Shown here piece after piece: positions 19,463 through 28,304 of a DNA stretch of 64,000 nt. The notes beneath the pieces were generated by a model. The model was given only the letters and a program-made list of their open reading frames with translations. It made no database searches and was not told the origin of the DNA. Positions within the stretch are counted from its first letter, which is position 1. Each line of letters begins with the position of its first letter. Made by a program: the position numbers and the translations under genes. This stretch comes from an uncultured delta proteobacterium (GTDB lineage Bacteria > Desulfobacterota > Desulfuromonadia > Desulfuromonadales > JACZKF01), in NCBI GenBank assembly GCA_963816395.1, contig CAWFKQ010000016.1, positions 32,001-96,000 on the forward strand. The letters run 5' to 3'.

Positions 19463-21145
19463 ATGAAGCTGATCTTCGCCCTGCTGCAGCAGATGTCGGT
19501 GTTTCTCGTCATCGCCTACCTGTTCAGCAAATCTCCCGCCTTCCGGCCGCTGACCGGCGAGACCCTGCGCAGCAAGCACAAGGTCCTGCTCTACTTCATC
19601 TTTTCCGCCTTTTCCATCCTCGGCACCTACTTCGGCCTGCCGATCCAGGACGCCATCGCCAACACCCGGGCCATCGGCGCGGTGCTGGCCGGGCTTATCG
19701 GCGGACCCCTGCTGGGGACGGCGGTCGGCTTCACCGGCGGCCTGCACCGTTATGCCCTCGGCGGCTTCACCGCCTTCTCCTGCGGCGTCTCGACCACCAT
19801 GGAGGGTCTCCTCGGCGGCCTGGTCCATCTCTACCTGATCAAAAAAGGGCAGCCGAAACAGTTCTTCAGCCCGCGCCTGGCCGCCATCGTCACCTTCTGC
19901 GCCGAAATGCTGCAGATGGGGATCATTCTGCTGCTGTCGCACCCATTTGCCGCCGCCCTGGGACTGGTCAAGGTCATCGCCCTGCCGATGATGCTGGCCA
20001 ACTCGGCCGGCGCCGCCCTGTTCGTCAGCATCATGCGCGACCAGAAAAGCATGTACGATAAGTTCGGGGTGATCTTTTCCGGCCGGGCGCTGAAGATCGC
20101 CGAACGCACCCTGGGGATTCTGGATAAGGGTTTCAGTCTGAACGTCGCTGCGATGGAGGTGGCCCGGATCATCCACGACGAGACCGGGGTGGGAGCGGTG
20201 GCCATTACCGACCGGGAAAAGGTCCTCGCCTTCGTCGGCACCGGCGCCGACCACCATCTGCCCGGCAGCCCCATCAGCTCGGAGCTGACCCGCCGGGCGA
20301 TCCGGGAAAATCAGGTGATCTACGCCGATGGGGTGCGGGAGAAATTCAGCTGCTCCCGTTCCTCCGACTGTCTCCTGGGCTCGGCGCTGGTGGCGCCGCT
20401 GCGCCTGGACGACGAGGTGATCGGCACCATCAAGCTCTACGAACCGAAGAAGAAGCTCTTTCTCAACTTCAACCGGACCCTCGGCGAGGGGATCGCCAAC
20501 CTCCTCTCCGACCAGCTGCTGCGCTCCCGCTACGAGGAGCAGAAGCGCCTGCTGGTGACCTCCGAGCTGAAGCTGATCCAGGCACAGATCAATCCCCATT
20601 TCCTCTTCAACGCCCTGAACACCATCGTCGCCGTCCTGCGGCAGGACGCCGGCCGCGCCCGGGACCTGCTGCTCAATCTGTCCAGCTTCCTCCGCAAGAA
20701 CCTGAAGCGTTCCGAAGAACTCGCCACCCTGGAAGAGGAGCTGGCCCACGTCGATGCCTATCTGGGGATAGAAAAGGCCCGCTTCGAGGACCGCCTGCGG
20801 GTGGAGACGCAGATCGACCCGGACCTGCTCGCCCTGAAGATCCCCGCCTTCACCCTGCAGCCGATCGTTGAGAACGCCATCAAGCACGGCATCTCGGGGC
20901 TGCTGGAGCAGGGGCTGGTCAGGATCTCGGTGCGGCAGGATGCCGGGGAGGTGCGCATTGTGGTCGAAGACAACGCCGGCGCCTATGGCGAGGCGTCCCC
21001 GGACGAGGGACTGGGAATGAAGATGGTCGACAAGCGGATCCGCAATTTCTGCGGCAACCGCTACGGGGTAACCGTCGACTGCCGGCCGCAGGAGTGGACG
21101 CGGGTGACCATCGCCGTCCCCGGGGCGAAAGTGCTGGCGGCATGA
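19463..21145 (+). CDS. btsS: LytS/BtsS (YehU)-family sensor histidine kinase
   Basis: 5TM-LYT N-terminus (IANTRAIG, GGLHRY), GAF, AQINPHFLFNALNTI, LQPIVENAIKHG. Confidence 0.9.
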   Translation: MKLIFALLQQMSVFLVIAYLFSKSPAFRPLTGETLRSKHKVLLYFIFSAFSILGTYFGLPIQDAIANTRAIGAVLAGLIGGPLLGTAVGFTGGLHRYALGGFTAFSCGVSTTMEGLLGGLVHLYLIKKGQPKQFFSPRLAAIVTFCAEMLQMGIILLLSHPFAAALGLVKVIALPMMLANSAGAALFVSIMRDQKSMYDKFGVIFSGRALKIAERTLGILDKGFSLNVAAMEVARIIHDETGVGAVAITDREKVLAFVGTGADHHLPGSPISSELTRRAIRENQVIYADGVREKFSCSRSSDCLLGSALVAPLRLDDEVIGTIKLYEPKKKLFLNFNRTLGEGIANLLSDQLLRSRYEEQKRLLVTSELKLIQAQINPHFLFNALNTIVAVLRQDAGRARDLLLNLSSFLRKNLKRSEELATLEEELAHVDAYLGIEKARFEDRLRVETQIDPDLLALKIPAFTLQPIVENAIKHGISGLLEQGLVRISVRQDAGEVRIVVEDNAGAYGEASPDEGLGMKMVDKRIRNFCGNRYGVTVDCRPQEWTRVTIAVPGAKVLAA

Positions 21146-21849
21146 TCCGGGCACTGGTCGTCGATGACGAGATACACGCCCGGGAGGAGCTGCAGGCCCT
21201 GCTGCAGGAGACGGGCGAAATCGCCGTGGTCGGCTCCTGCGCCAATGCCGTCGAGGCGATCCGGGTCGTCCAGCGAGAGCGCCCGGAGGTTCTCTTCCTG
21301 GACATCCAGATGCCCGTTCTGAGCGGTTTCGAGCTGCTGGGCATGATCGACCCCGAGTGCATGCCGAAAGTGGTGTTCGTCACCGCCTTCGACGATTACG
21401 CGGTGCGGGCCTTCGAGGAAAAGGCCCTCGACTATCTGCTCAAGCCGGTGGCCAGGGAGCGGCTGCGCAAGACGCTCGACAAGCTGCAGGCGGAGTTGCC
21501 GAAAGAGTCCCCTGCGCTCCTCGACCTCCCCCCGATAAAGCGGATCCCCTGCCTTCGCGGCAACCGGATCAAACTGGTCGACGTCGCCGAGACGGAACTG
21601 GTGCGCTCGGATGTGAGCGGCGTCCATGTGCTGACCGCTCGGGACGAATTCTTCACCGAACTGACCCTCAAGGTGCTCGCGGCCCGCTCTGAGCTGGTGA
21701 AGTGCCACAAGCAGTTCCTGATCAACCCCGGGCAGGTGGACGAAATCGTCCTGCTGGAGAACGGCCTGGCCGAGATTCGCACCTGCTCCGGCCGCACTGT
21801 TCCGGTCAGCCGCCGGTATCTCAAGAGCCTGAAGGAGCGCTGGCTTTAA
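21142..21849 (+). CDS. btsR: LytTR-family response regulator BtsR (YehT)-like
   Basis: VVDDE, FLDIQMP, TAFDDYAVRAFE, YLLKP; LytTR ELTLKVL...CHKQFLIN...PVSRRYL. Confidence 0.88.
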   Translation: MIRALVVDDEIHAREELQALLQETGEIAVVGSCANAVEAIRVVQRERPEVLFLDIQMPVLSGFELLGMIDPECMPKVVFVTAFDDYAVRAFEEKALDYLLKPVARERLRKTLDKLQAELPKESPALLDLPPIKRIPCLRGNRIKLVDVAETELVRSDVSGVHVLTARDEFFTELTLKVLAARSELVKCHKQFLINPGQVDEIVLLENGLAEIRTCSGRTVPVSRRYLKSLKERWL

Positions 21850-21850
21850 A

Positions 21851-21915
21851 GGCAGTGAGATAGTAAGTAGTGAGATAGCGAGATCGTAAAACCTCATCTG
21901 CTCCCTACCTCCCTC
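21851..21915. repeat. Octamer repeat element (TAGTGAGA/TAGCGAGA), related to the copy at 41539
   Basis: ggcagtgagatagtaagtagtgagatagcgagat; shares aaaggcagtga and the unit with 41539-41637. Confidence 0.55.
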
Positions 21916-21920
21916 CCGCC

Positions 21921-21970
21921 GCCGGTCACGCCCTGCCTGCGACCGCTTACCATCTTTCTGGCGCCGCTCA
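21921..21970 (+). promoter_or_regulatory. BtsR/YehT-type binding site: three direct repeats with 13-bp spacers
   Basis: GCCGGTCA-N13-ACCGCTTA-N13-GCCGCTCA; matches the E. coli YehT motif ACC(G/A)CT(C/T)A with 13-bp spacer; directly upstream of cstA. Confidence 0.8.
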
Positions 21971-22046
21971 CCGGGTTTGGTGGTTCCTCCCGAAAAAGCC
22001 GTGGCTTACCCTATGGCGAGGAACCCTAACCCCCGGGAGGTGCGTC

Positions 22047-23477
22047 ATGGTACTGTTCTTCATCTGCGTGGCCCTTTTGATCGCCGGTTATTTCACTTAC
22101 GGCGCCATCGTCGACCGCATTTTCGCCGCGGATCCGGCCCGGATCACCCCGGCCAGATCCATGGCCGACGGCGTCGATTACGTCGAAATGTCGCCGGCCA
22201 AACTGTTTCTCATCCAGCTGTTGAACATCGCCGGCCTCGGCCCCATCTTTGGGCCAATCCTGGGCGCCCTGTACGGTCCGTCGGCCCTGTTGTGGATCGT
22301 CTTCGGTTCGATTCTCGGCGGGGCGGTGCACGACTACTTCTCCGGCATGCTCTCCCTGCGCCACGAAGGGAAAAGCGTGCCCGACGTGGTCGGCTATCAG
22401 CTCGGCAACGGCTTCAAGCAGTTCATGCGGCTCTTCGCCATCATCCTGTTGCTGCTGGTAGGGGTAGTCTTCGTCCTCGGCCCGGCCAAACTACTCGGCC
22501 AGCTGACCTCCCTGCCGGTGATGGGCTGGGTGGCGATCATCTTCATCTATTATTTCCTCGCCACCATCCTGCCCATCAACCAGATCATCGGCCGCATCTA
22601 TCCCGTGTTCGGAGCAATTCTGCTGTTCATGGCAGTGGGGCTGACCGCCGCCCTGATTTTCCAGGGCTATCACTTCTATCCGCAACTGACGCTGGCCAAC
22701 ATTCACCCCAAGGGCCTGCCGCTGTGGCCGCTGATGTTCATCACTATTGCCTGCGGCGCCATCTCCGGCTTTCACGCCACCCAATCGCCGATGATGGCCC
22801 GCTGCATGGCCAACGAGAAGTACGGGCGGCCGGTCTTCTACGGCGCCATGATCGGCGAGGGGATCATCGCCCTGATCTGGGCCACTCTCGGCATGTCCTT
22901 CTATAACGGCTCCGAAGCCCTCAACGCCGCCCTCGGCCAGGGCGGTCCGGCGTTTGTGGTGAATCAGATCTCCACCACCCTGCTCGGCCACGTGGGCGGC
23001 ATTCTGGCTATCATCGGTGTCGTCATCCTGCCGATCACCTCCGGCGATACCGCCTTCCGCAGCGCCCGGCTGATCATCGCGGACTTCGTCAAGCTGCCGC
23101 AGAAGGCGATACTCAAGCGCCTGTACCTGGCGGTCCCCCTGTTCGTGGTCGGTTTTCTCATCTCCCGCGGCAACTTCGCCGTTATCTGGCGCTATTTCGG
23201 CTGGGCCAACCAGACCCTGGCGACCGTCGTCCTGTGGGCCGGCGCCGCCTACCTGATCCGGCAGGCGAAATTCCACTGGATCGCCACCGTTCCCGCCGTC
23301 TTCATGACCGCCGTGTCGGCCACCTATCTTGCCTATGACAAGATCGGCTTTGGCCTGTCGCTCACGGTTTCCACCTATATCGGCGTCGCGGTTGCCGTCT
23401 CGAGCCTGATTATTTTCCTCATCAAGCTCCACGGGGCGGTGCCGGAGGAGGCCGCTCCGCAAGCCGGCGGCGCCTGA
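22047..23477 (+). CDS. cstA: Carbon starvation protein A family transporter (short form)
   Basis: DGVDYV, NIAGLGPIFGP, GGAVHDY, ITIACGAISGFHATQSP, ITSGDTAFR, WRYFGWANQ. Confidence 0.92.
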   Translation: MVLFFICVALLIAGYFTYGAIVDRIFAADPARITPARSMADGVDYVEMSPAKLFLIQLLNIAGLGPIFGPILGALYGPSALLWIVFGSILGGAVHDYFSGMLSLRHEGKSVPDVVGYQLGNGFKQFMRLFAIILLLLVGVVFVLGPAKLLGQLTSLPVMGWVAIIFIYYFLATILPINQIIGRIYPVFGAILLFMAVGLTAALIFQGYHFYPQLTLANIHPKGLPLWPLMFITIACGAISGFHATQSPMMARCMANEKYGRPVFYGAMIGEGIIALIWATLGMSFYNGSEALNAALGQGGPAFVVNQISTTLLGHVGGILAIIGVVILPITSGDTAFRSARLIIADFVKLPQKAILKRLYLAVPLFVVGFLISRGNFAVIWRYFGWANQTLATVVLWAGAAYLIRQAKFHWIATVPAVFMTAVSATYLAYDKIGFGLSLTVSTYIGVAVAVSSLIIFLIKLHGAVPEEAAPQAGGA

Positions 23478-23489
23478 GCATCCGGGGTT

Positions 23490-23523
23490 CCAAGGGGGGC
23501 GCGATGCGCCCCCTTTGGTTTCT
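23490..23523 (+). terminator. Intrinsic terminator after cstA
   Basis: ccaaggggggcgc-gat-gcgccccctttgg followed by tttt. Confidence 0.7.
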
Positions 23524-23660
23524 GCGCCCGATGTGAAATAATGGCCTCAGTTCCTACGACTCTTCGCCGATGGCGAAAAAAAAGCTTTTAACGCGGAGAC
23601 GCAGACGCAGAGGACCAATCCCGTAGCTTGCTGCGGGAGATTCTTTTGTGAATCCGGAGG

Positions 23661-24632
23661 ATGAAAATGAAGATTGTCGTTCTGGACGGCTACGCCCTCA
23701 ATCCCGGCGACCTGAGCTGGCAGGGGCTCGAAGCCCTGGGAGATTTCACCGTGTACGACCGCACCTCGCGGGAGGAACTGCTGGAGCGGGCGCAGGGGGC
23801 GGAGATCGTTCTTACCAACAAGGTGGTTCTCGACCGGGAAAGCCTCGGCCGGCTGCCGCGGCTGAAGTATATCGGGGTGCTCGCCACCGGCTACAACGTG
23901 GTCGACGCCGAGGCGGCACGAGAGAGGGGAATTGCCGTCACCAACGTCCCTGCCTACAGCACTGCATCGGTGGCGCAGATGGTCTTCGCCCTGCTGCTCG
24001 AGCTGACCCAGCAGGTGGGCCATCACGCCCACCTGACCCGTTGGGGGCACTGGAGCGAAAGCCGGGATTTCTGTTTCTGGGACCGGCCGCTGGTGGAGCT
24101 GGACGGACTGCACCTGGGCGTGGTCGGGTTCGGCGCCATCGGTCGCCGGGTGGCGCAGATCGCCAGGGCCTTCGGCATGACCGTCCTGGTCCACACCGCC
24201 CACCCGGAAAAGTATCGGCAGGTCCTCGAGGCGGGCGGCGCGCGGTTCGTCGGTCTCGACGAGATCTTTGCCGAAAGTGATGTGATCAGTCTCCATTGCC
24301 CCCTTACCCCGGAGACGAAAGCGATGGTCGATGCCCGTCGCCTCGCCCTGATGAAGCCGACCGCCTACCTGATCAACACCGGGCGCGGTTTGCTGATCGA
24401 CGAGGAGGCCCTGGCCCAGGCCCTCAAGGAGAAGCGGCTGGCCGGTGCCGGCCTGGACGTGCTCTCGACCGAACCGCCGCCGGGAAACAATCCCCTGCTG
24501 ACCGCTCCCAACTGCTTCGTCACCCCGCATATCGCCTGGGCCACCCTGGCCGCGCGGGAGCGTCTGATGGCGACGGTGGTGGCCAACGTCCAGGCGTTCC
24601 TGGCCGGCAAGCCACAGAACGTGGTCAACTGA
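23661..24632 (+). CDS. D-2-hydroxyacid dehydrogenase (glycerate dehydrogenase/HprA-like)
   Basis: LNPGDL, ATGYNVVD, GFGAIG, SLHCPLT, INTGRG, LDVLSTEPP, TPHIAW. Confidence 0.92.
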   Translation: MKMKIVVLDGYALNPGDLSWQGLEALGDFTVYDRTSREELLERAQGAEIVLTNKVVLDRESLGRLPRLKYIGVLATGYNVVDAEAARERGIAVTNVPAYSTASVAQMVFALLLELTQQVGHHAHLTRWGHWSESRDFCFWDRPLVELDGLHLGVVGFGAIGRRVAQIARAFGMTVLVHTAHPEKYRQVLEAGGARFVGLDEIFAESDVISLHCPLTPETKAMVDARRLALMKPTAYLINTGRGLLIDEEALAQALKEKRLAGAGLDVLSTEPPPGNNPLLTAPNCFVTPHIAWATLAARERLMATVVANVQAFLAGKPQNVVN

Positions 24633-24746
24633 AGCGCCAGGATGCGCCTGTTCGCCCCGGGTTTTTCCCGGGGCGGCATCCCTTATGCAGTATCCTGATC
24701 TCCGGAAGATAATTGGTGCCATCCCCCGATTCCGGAGAGCCCGCCG

Positions 24747-25307
24747 ATGAAAATCGCCCTGATCGTTGACGATGAACCCCTGATCCGCCGCCAGGTGGCG
24801 GAAACCCTCACCCGCTACGGCTTCGAGGAGATCCTCGAAGCGGCGAACGGCCAGCAGGCAATCGACCTGGCCGTTGCCCGCCGGCCGCTGCTGATCGTCA
24901 TGGACATTTCCATGCCTGTGCTCGACGGCATCACCGCCGCCGAAAAAATAGGCAAAAAGGCGCCGGCGCCGATCATCCTTCTCACCGGCACCGCCGACCC
25001 GAAGACCGTGGAGCGGGCGCGGCTGGCCGGGGTGATGAGCTATGTGCTCAAGCCCTTCCGGGACGAGCAGCTCTACCCGGCGGTCGATCTGGCCATCCAC
25101 CATTTCGTCGACGTTTCCACCCTGCGCGACGAGGTGGCGAAGCTGAAGGACACCCTGGAGACCCGCAAGGCGATCGAGAAGGCCAAGGGGGCACTGATGA
25201 AGAAGGGGCTGGCCGAGCCCGAGGCTTACCGCAAGATGCAGAAGACCGCCATGGACAAGCGTAAATCGCTCAAGGAAGTGGCCGAGGCGATTTTGTTGAT
25301 GGAATAG
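24747..25307 (+). CDS. ANTAR-domain response regulator (NasT/EutV/GnfR-like)
   Basis: Receiver (VDDE, MDISMP, VLKPF) plus ANTAR (RKAIEKAKGALM...EAYRKMQKTAMDKRKSLKEVAEAIL). Confidence 0.92.
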   Translation: MKIALIVDDEPLIRRQVAETLTRYGFEEILEAANGQQAIDLAVARRPLLIVMDISMPVLDGITAAEKIGKKAPAPIILLTGTADPKTVERARLAGVMSYVLKPFRDEQLYPAVDLAIHHFVDVSTLRDEVAKLKDTLETRKAIEKAKGALMKKGLAEPEAYRKMQKTAMDKRKSLKEVAEAILLME

Positions 25308-25482
25308 CGGGCGGTGATGCGGGATGCGCGGCTGGATAAAAAGGGAGACAGCTTTTGCCCCGATATGGAACGGCCAGACGGGAGATCCGATTGCATGAGT
25401 ATCGGACCGCTGGGGGGCCGGAAGCAAATTTGTTCCGGAGTTGTGCGCTGCAGGAGGAGCAAAGGCTGATTTGAGTCCTGCA

Positions 25483-27864
25483 ATGAAGCTCGTCACCATC
25501 TCTCTGCGCGATTTTGCCTTGCCGGTTCCCCGCACCGGCAGCATCGAAGCGCATTCGGGGTATGGGCGCGCCGCTGCCGACGGCCAGGAGATCCATCTCC
25601 GCGTGCAGAAGAAAAGGGCGAAGGCCGATCCGCGGTACCAGGCCGAAGTGCCGGTGAGCTGCCAGTTCGAGCGGGAAGGGTACCGCTTCCGGATCGAGGG
25701 GCGGATGGACGGCCTCTTCCGGCACGAGCCGCCGAAGATCGAGGAAATCAAATCCGGTTTCGATATCCTGGCGCTTGCCCGCCGCCTCGCGGACCACCCC
25801 ATGGCGCATCCGTACGGCCTGCAGCTTCTCACCTACGGCTATTTCCATTGGCGTGAACACCAGGTCCTTCCCGCACTTTCCTTCCATCTCGTCTCTTCCC
25901 GCAGCGGTGAAGCCAGGGATCTCGACCTCCCGCTCGATCTGCCTCTTTACGAAAGATGGCTGGACTCCCGCCTCGACGAACTCGTGATCGCGGCGAGGCA
26001 GGCGGAGAAACGGGCCGCCCGGCGGCGGAAAATAGCTGCCGGCTTTACGTTTCCTTTTCCGCACCCGCGTCCCGGTCAGATCGAGCTCATGCAGGAGATC
26101 GCGCAGGGGATGACGGAAAAAAAGCCGGTGCTCGTCCAGGCCCCCACGGGACTCGGGAAAACCGTTGGGGTCCTTTATCCCACCCTCGGGGAAGCGCTGA
26201 GCCGGGGGCAGAAAACGGTCTATGTCACCCCGAAAAACAGCCAGCACACGGTCGCCGAGGACGCGGTCAGCCGTTTCCAGCAGGCGGGCGGGCGCGTCAA
26301 ATCCCTCTCGATCACCGCCAAAGCCAAGATCTGCTGCAAGAACGAGCCGCTGTGCAGCCCCGAATACTGCGAGTATGCCCGTGATTATTACGCCAAGGTG
26401 CAGGCGCACGGCATTCTCGAGATCCTGGCGAAAAAGAGGACGCTGAAGGCGCGCACTTTTCGCGATCTGGGCGAGCGGTACCAGGTTTGTCCGTTTGAAC
26501 TGCAGCTCGAGGGCGTCCGGGAGGCGGATGTCGTTATCTGCGACTACAACTACGTCTTCGCTCCGCGCTCGGCGCTTCACCGCGCGGCGGACCTTGGCAT
26601 CGACCAGACGGGGAAGCCCAACCTGGTGATCGATGAAGCCCATAACCTGCCCGCCCGGGCCATGGACTATTATTCGCCGAGCCTCTCCTCCGTCACCCTG
26701 GAGCGGATGCGCGAGGAGACCCGGGAACTGCCTGCCCGCTTCCGGCGGGAGGCCGAGGAACTGCTCGACGGCTGCCTCCGGACCCTTGCCTCGTGCCGGC
26801 AGGATGAAAGACCGGCACCGACACGGATCGCGCCGCCGGCCGAGCGTTTCCTGGAACAGGAGGCAAGGCTGCGCGCCTTCTTGTCCCGCTACCTCGACTC
26901 CGACCTAGAGATACGGCAGGCGGACGTGGTCCTGCGCCTCTGCTTCTATTGGTCCGAATTCACGGAAACCCTGGCGTACGCCGGCGATCCCGGCCGGCAG
27001 GAGTTCTTCACCACCTATCATCCGCATCCGACCGGCGGTACGGTGAAAATCACCTGCTGCGATGCCTCGGCCATGCTGGCCGACTGTTATGACGATTATG
27101 AGCAGGTGGTGGGGTTCTCGGCGACGCTGAAACCCTTCGATTATTACGTGCGGCTTTCCGGCCTTGATGCCCAGAGAGTGCGGACGGCGGAATTTGCCAG
27201 TCCCTTCCCGCCGGCGCGGCGCAAGCTGCTGATCATTCCGCAGGTCTCCACCCGCTACAGCCAGCGCCAGCGCCACTACGCCAGGATCGCCGATGCCGTG
27301 CAGCGGATCACCGCCCTGCGCCGCGGCAATTATTTCGTGTTCCTGCCGAGCTTCGATTTTCTCGACCAGGTAGCCGCTCTCTTCCGGCCACCGGCAGGCT
27401 TTAGCGTCCTGCGGCAGGAACGGAGCATGAAAGCCGCCGCGGTCGAGACCATCGTGGAGACTCTGCGCGGCCAGGCTGTCCCGACGATCGTCTTCGCCGT
27501 GCAGGGAGGCTCCTTCTCCGAGGGGATGGATTACGCCGGGGAAATGGTGATCGGGGCCTTTGTCGTCGGCCCGCCGCTGCCTAATTACGATCTCGAACGG
27601 GAGCAGATGAAGGAATATTACCAGCGGCAGTACGGCGCCGGCTTCGATTATGCCTATGTGATCCCCGCCATGGCCAGGGCGGTCCAGGCCGCCGGCAGAG
27701 TCATCCGCTCCGAGACCGACCGCGGACTTGTTGTGCTGATGGACAGCCGATTCATCGAACCGGGTTACGCCAGGTCGATGCCGGCGGATTGGTTCGAGAC
27801 CGCGGCCACGGAACTGGTTTCCAGCAGCATCCTGTGTGAAATAGCCGATTTCTGGGACGCATAG
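25483..27864 (+). CDS. DinG/XPD-family Fe-S helicase with N-terminal PD-(D/E)XK nuclease domain
   Basis: N-terminal GQEIH...IEGRMDG...IEEIKS...QLLTYG; QAPTGLGKT, Cys cluster (ICC..PLC...C...CPF), DEAH, SATL, EGMD, QAAGRVIR; alternative TTG start at 25471. Confidence 0.88.
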   Translation: MKLVTISLRDFALPVPRTGSIEAHSGYGRAAADGQEIHLRVQKKRAKADPRYQAEVPVSCQFEREGYRFRIEGRMDGLFRHEPPKIEEIKSGFDILALARRLADHPMAHPYGLQLLTYGYFHWREHQVLPALSFHLVSSRSGEARDLDLPLDLPLYERWLDSRLDELVIAARQAEKRAARRRKIAAGFTFPFPHPRPGQIELMQEIAQGMTEKKPVLVQAPTGLGKTVGVLYPTLGEALSRGQKTVYVTPKNSQHTVAEDAVSRFQQAGGRVKSLSITAKAKICCKNEPLCSPEYCEYARDYYAKVQAHGILEILAKKRTLKARTFRDLGERYQVCPFELQLEGVREADVVICDYNYVFAPRSALHRAADLGIDQTGKPNLVIDEAHNLPARAMDYYSPSLSSVTLERMREETRELPARFRREAEELLDGCLRTLASCRQDERPAPTRIAPPAERFLEQEARLRAFLSRYLDSDLEIRQADVVLRLCFYWSEFTETLAYAGDPGRQEFFTTYHPHPTGGTVKITCCDASAMLADCYDDYEQVVGFSATLKPFDYYVRLSGLDAQRVRTAEFASPFPPARRKLLIIPQVSTRYSQRQRHYARIADAVQRITALRRGNYFVFLPSFDFLDQVAALFRPPAGFSVLRQERSMKAAAVETIVETLRGQAVPTIVFAVQGGSFSEGMDYAGEMVIGAFVVGPPLPNYDLEREQMKEYYQRQYGAGFDYAYVIPAMARAVQAAGRVIRSETDRGLVVLMDSRFIEPGYARSMPADWFETAATELVSSSILCEIADFWDA

Positions 27865-27916
27865 TTGGATCAGGTTCTTCGCCCGCGGAGTGGAGTCCGC
27901 CGCCAGGATTCAATAT

Positions 27917-28032
27917 TACTGGCTTAGCAGTATTTTATCTCCTTGAAGCTTCCCTTGCATTACATGTACTGTCCGGGCAGTATTTTAGTTGACGAAGGAC
28001 ATGCCTTTGATATATATACTGCTTAGCCAGTA
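27917..28032. promoter_or_regulatory. Three palindromic operators TACTG-N6-CAGTA at exactly 50-bp period, overlapping the hipBA promoter
   Basis: Boxes start at 27917, 27967 and 28017, each followed by tttt; TTGACG at 27989 and TG-n-TATATA at 28008-28016. Confidence 0.8.
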
Positions 28033-28037
28033 TTTTT

Positions 28038-28304
28038 ATGGAGGATGGCATGCCTAAAACCATCAAGCCAATGCCGACGCCCGTGCAGAGCGGTCCCCTC
28101 GATGCCGAGACCCTGGGGAAGTTCATTCGTGCCCGAAGGACCCAATCAGGGCTTGGGATGCACGAAGCGGCGGCCTTTTGCGGGGTCGCAGTCGATACCC
28201 TGACCAAGATCGAGACGGCCAGGGGTGACGTCAAGCTCTCCAGCATCCTGACGGTTTGCCGCATGCTCGGTATCCAGCTCAATGTCGACCCTTGGGAGGA
28301 GTGA
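28038..28304 (+). CDS. hipB: HipB-like XRE antitoxin
   Basis: LGKFIRARRTQSGL...AAAFCGVAVDTLTKIETA HTH; TGATG coupling to hipA. Confidence 0.8.
   Translation: MEDGMPKTIKPMPTPVQSGPLDAETLGKFIRARRTQSGLGMHEAAAFCGVAVDTLTKIETARGDVKLSSILTVCRMLGIQLNVDPWEE

Noticed and set aside
25483..27864. Type IV CRISPR CasDinG or Cas4
   Set aside because: No cas genes or repeat-spacer array anywhere in the window.
27917..28032. Mini CRISPR array (50-bp period)
   Set aside because: The repeats are 16-bp palindromes with variable centres over a promoter, which fits operators.
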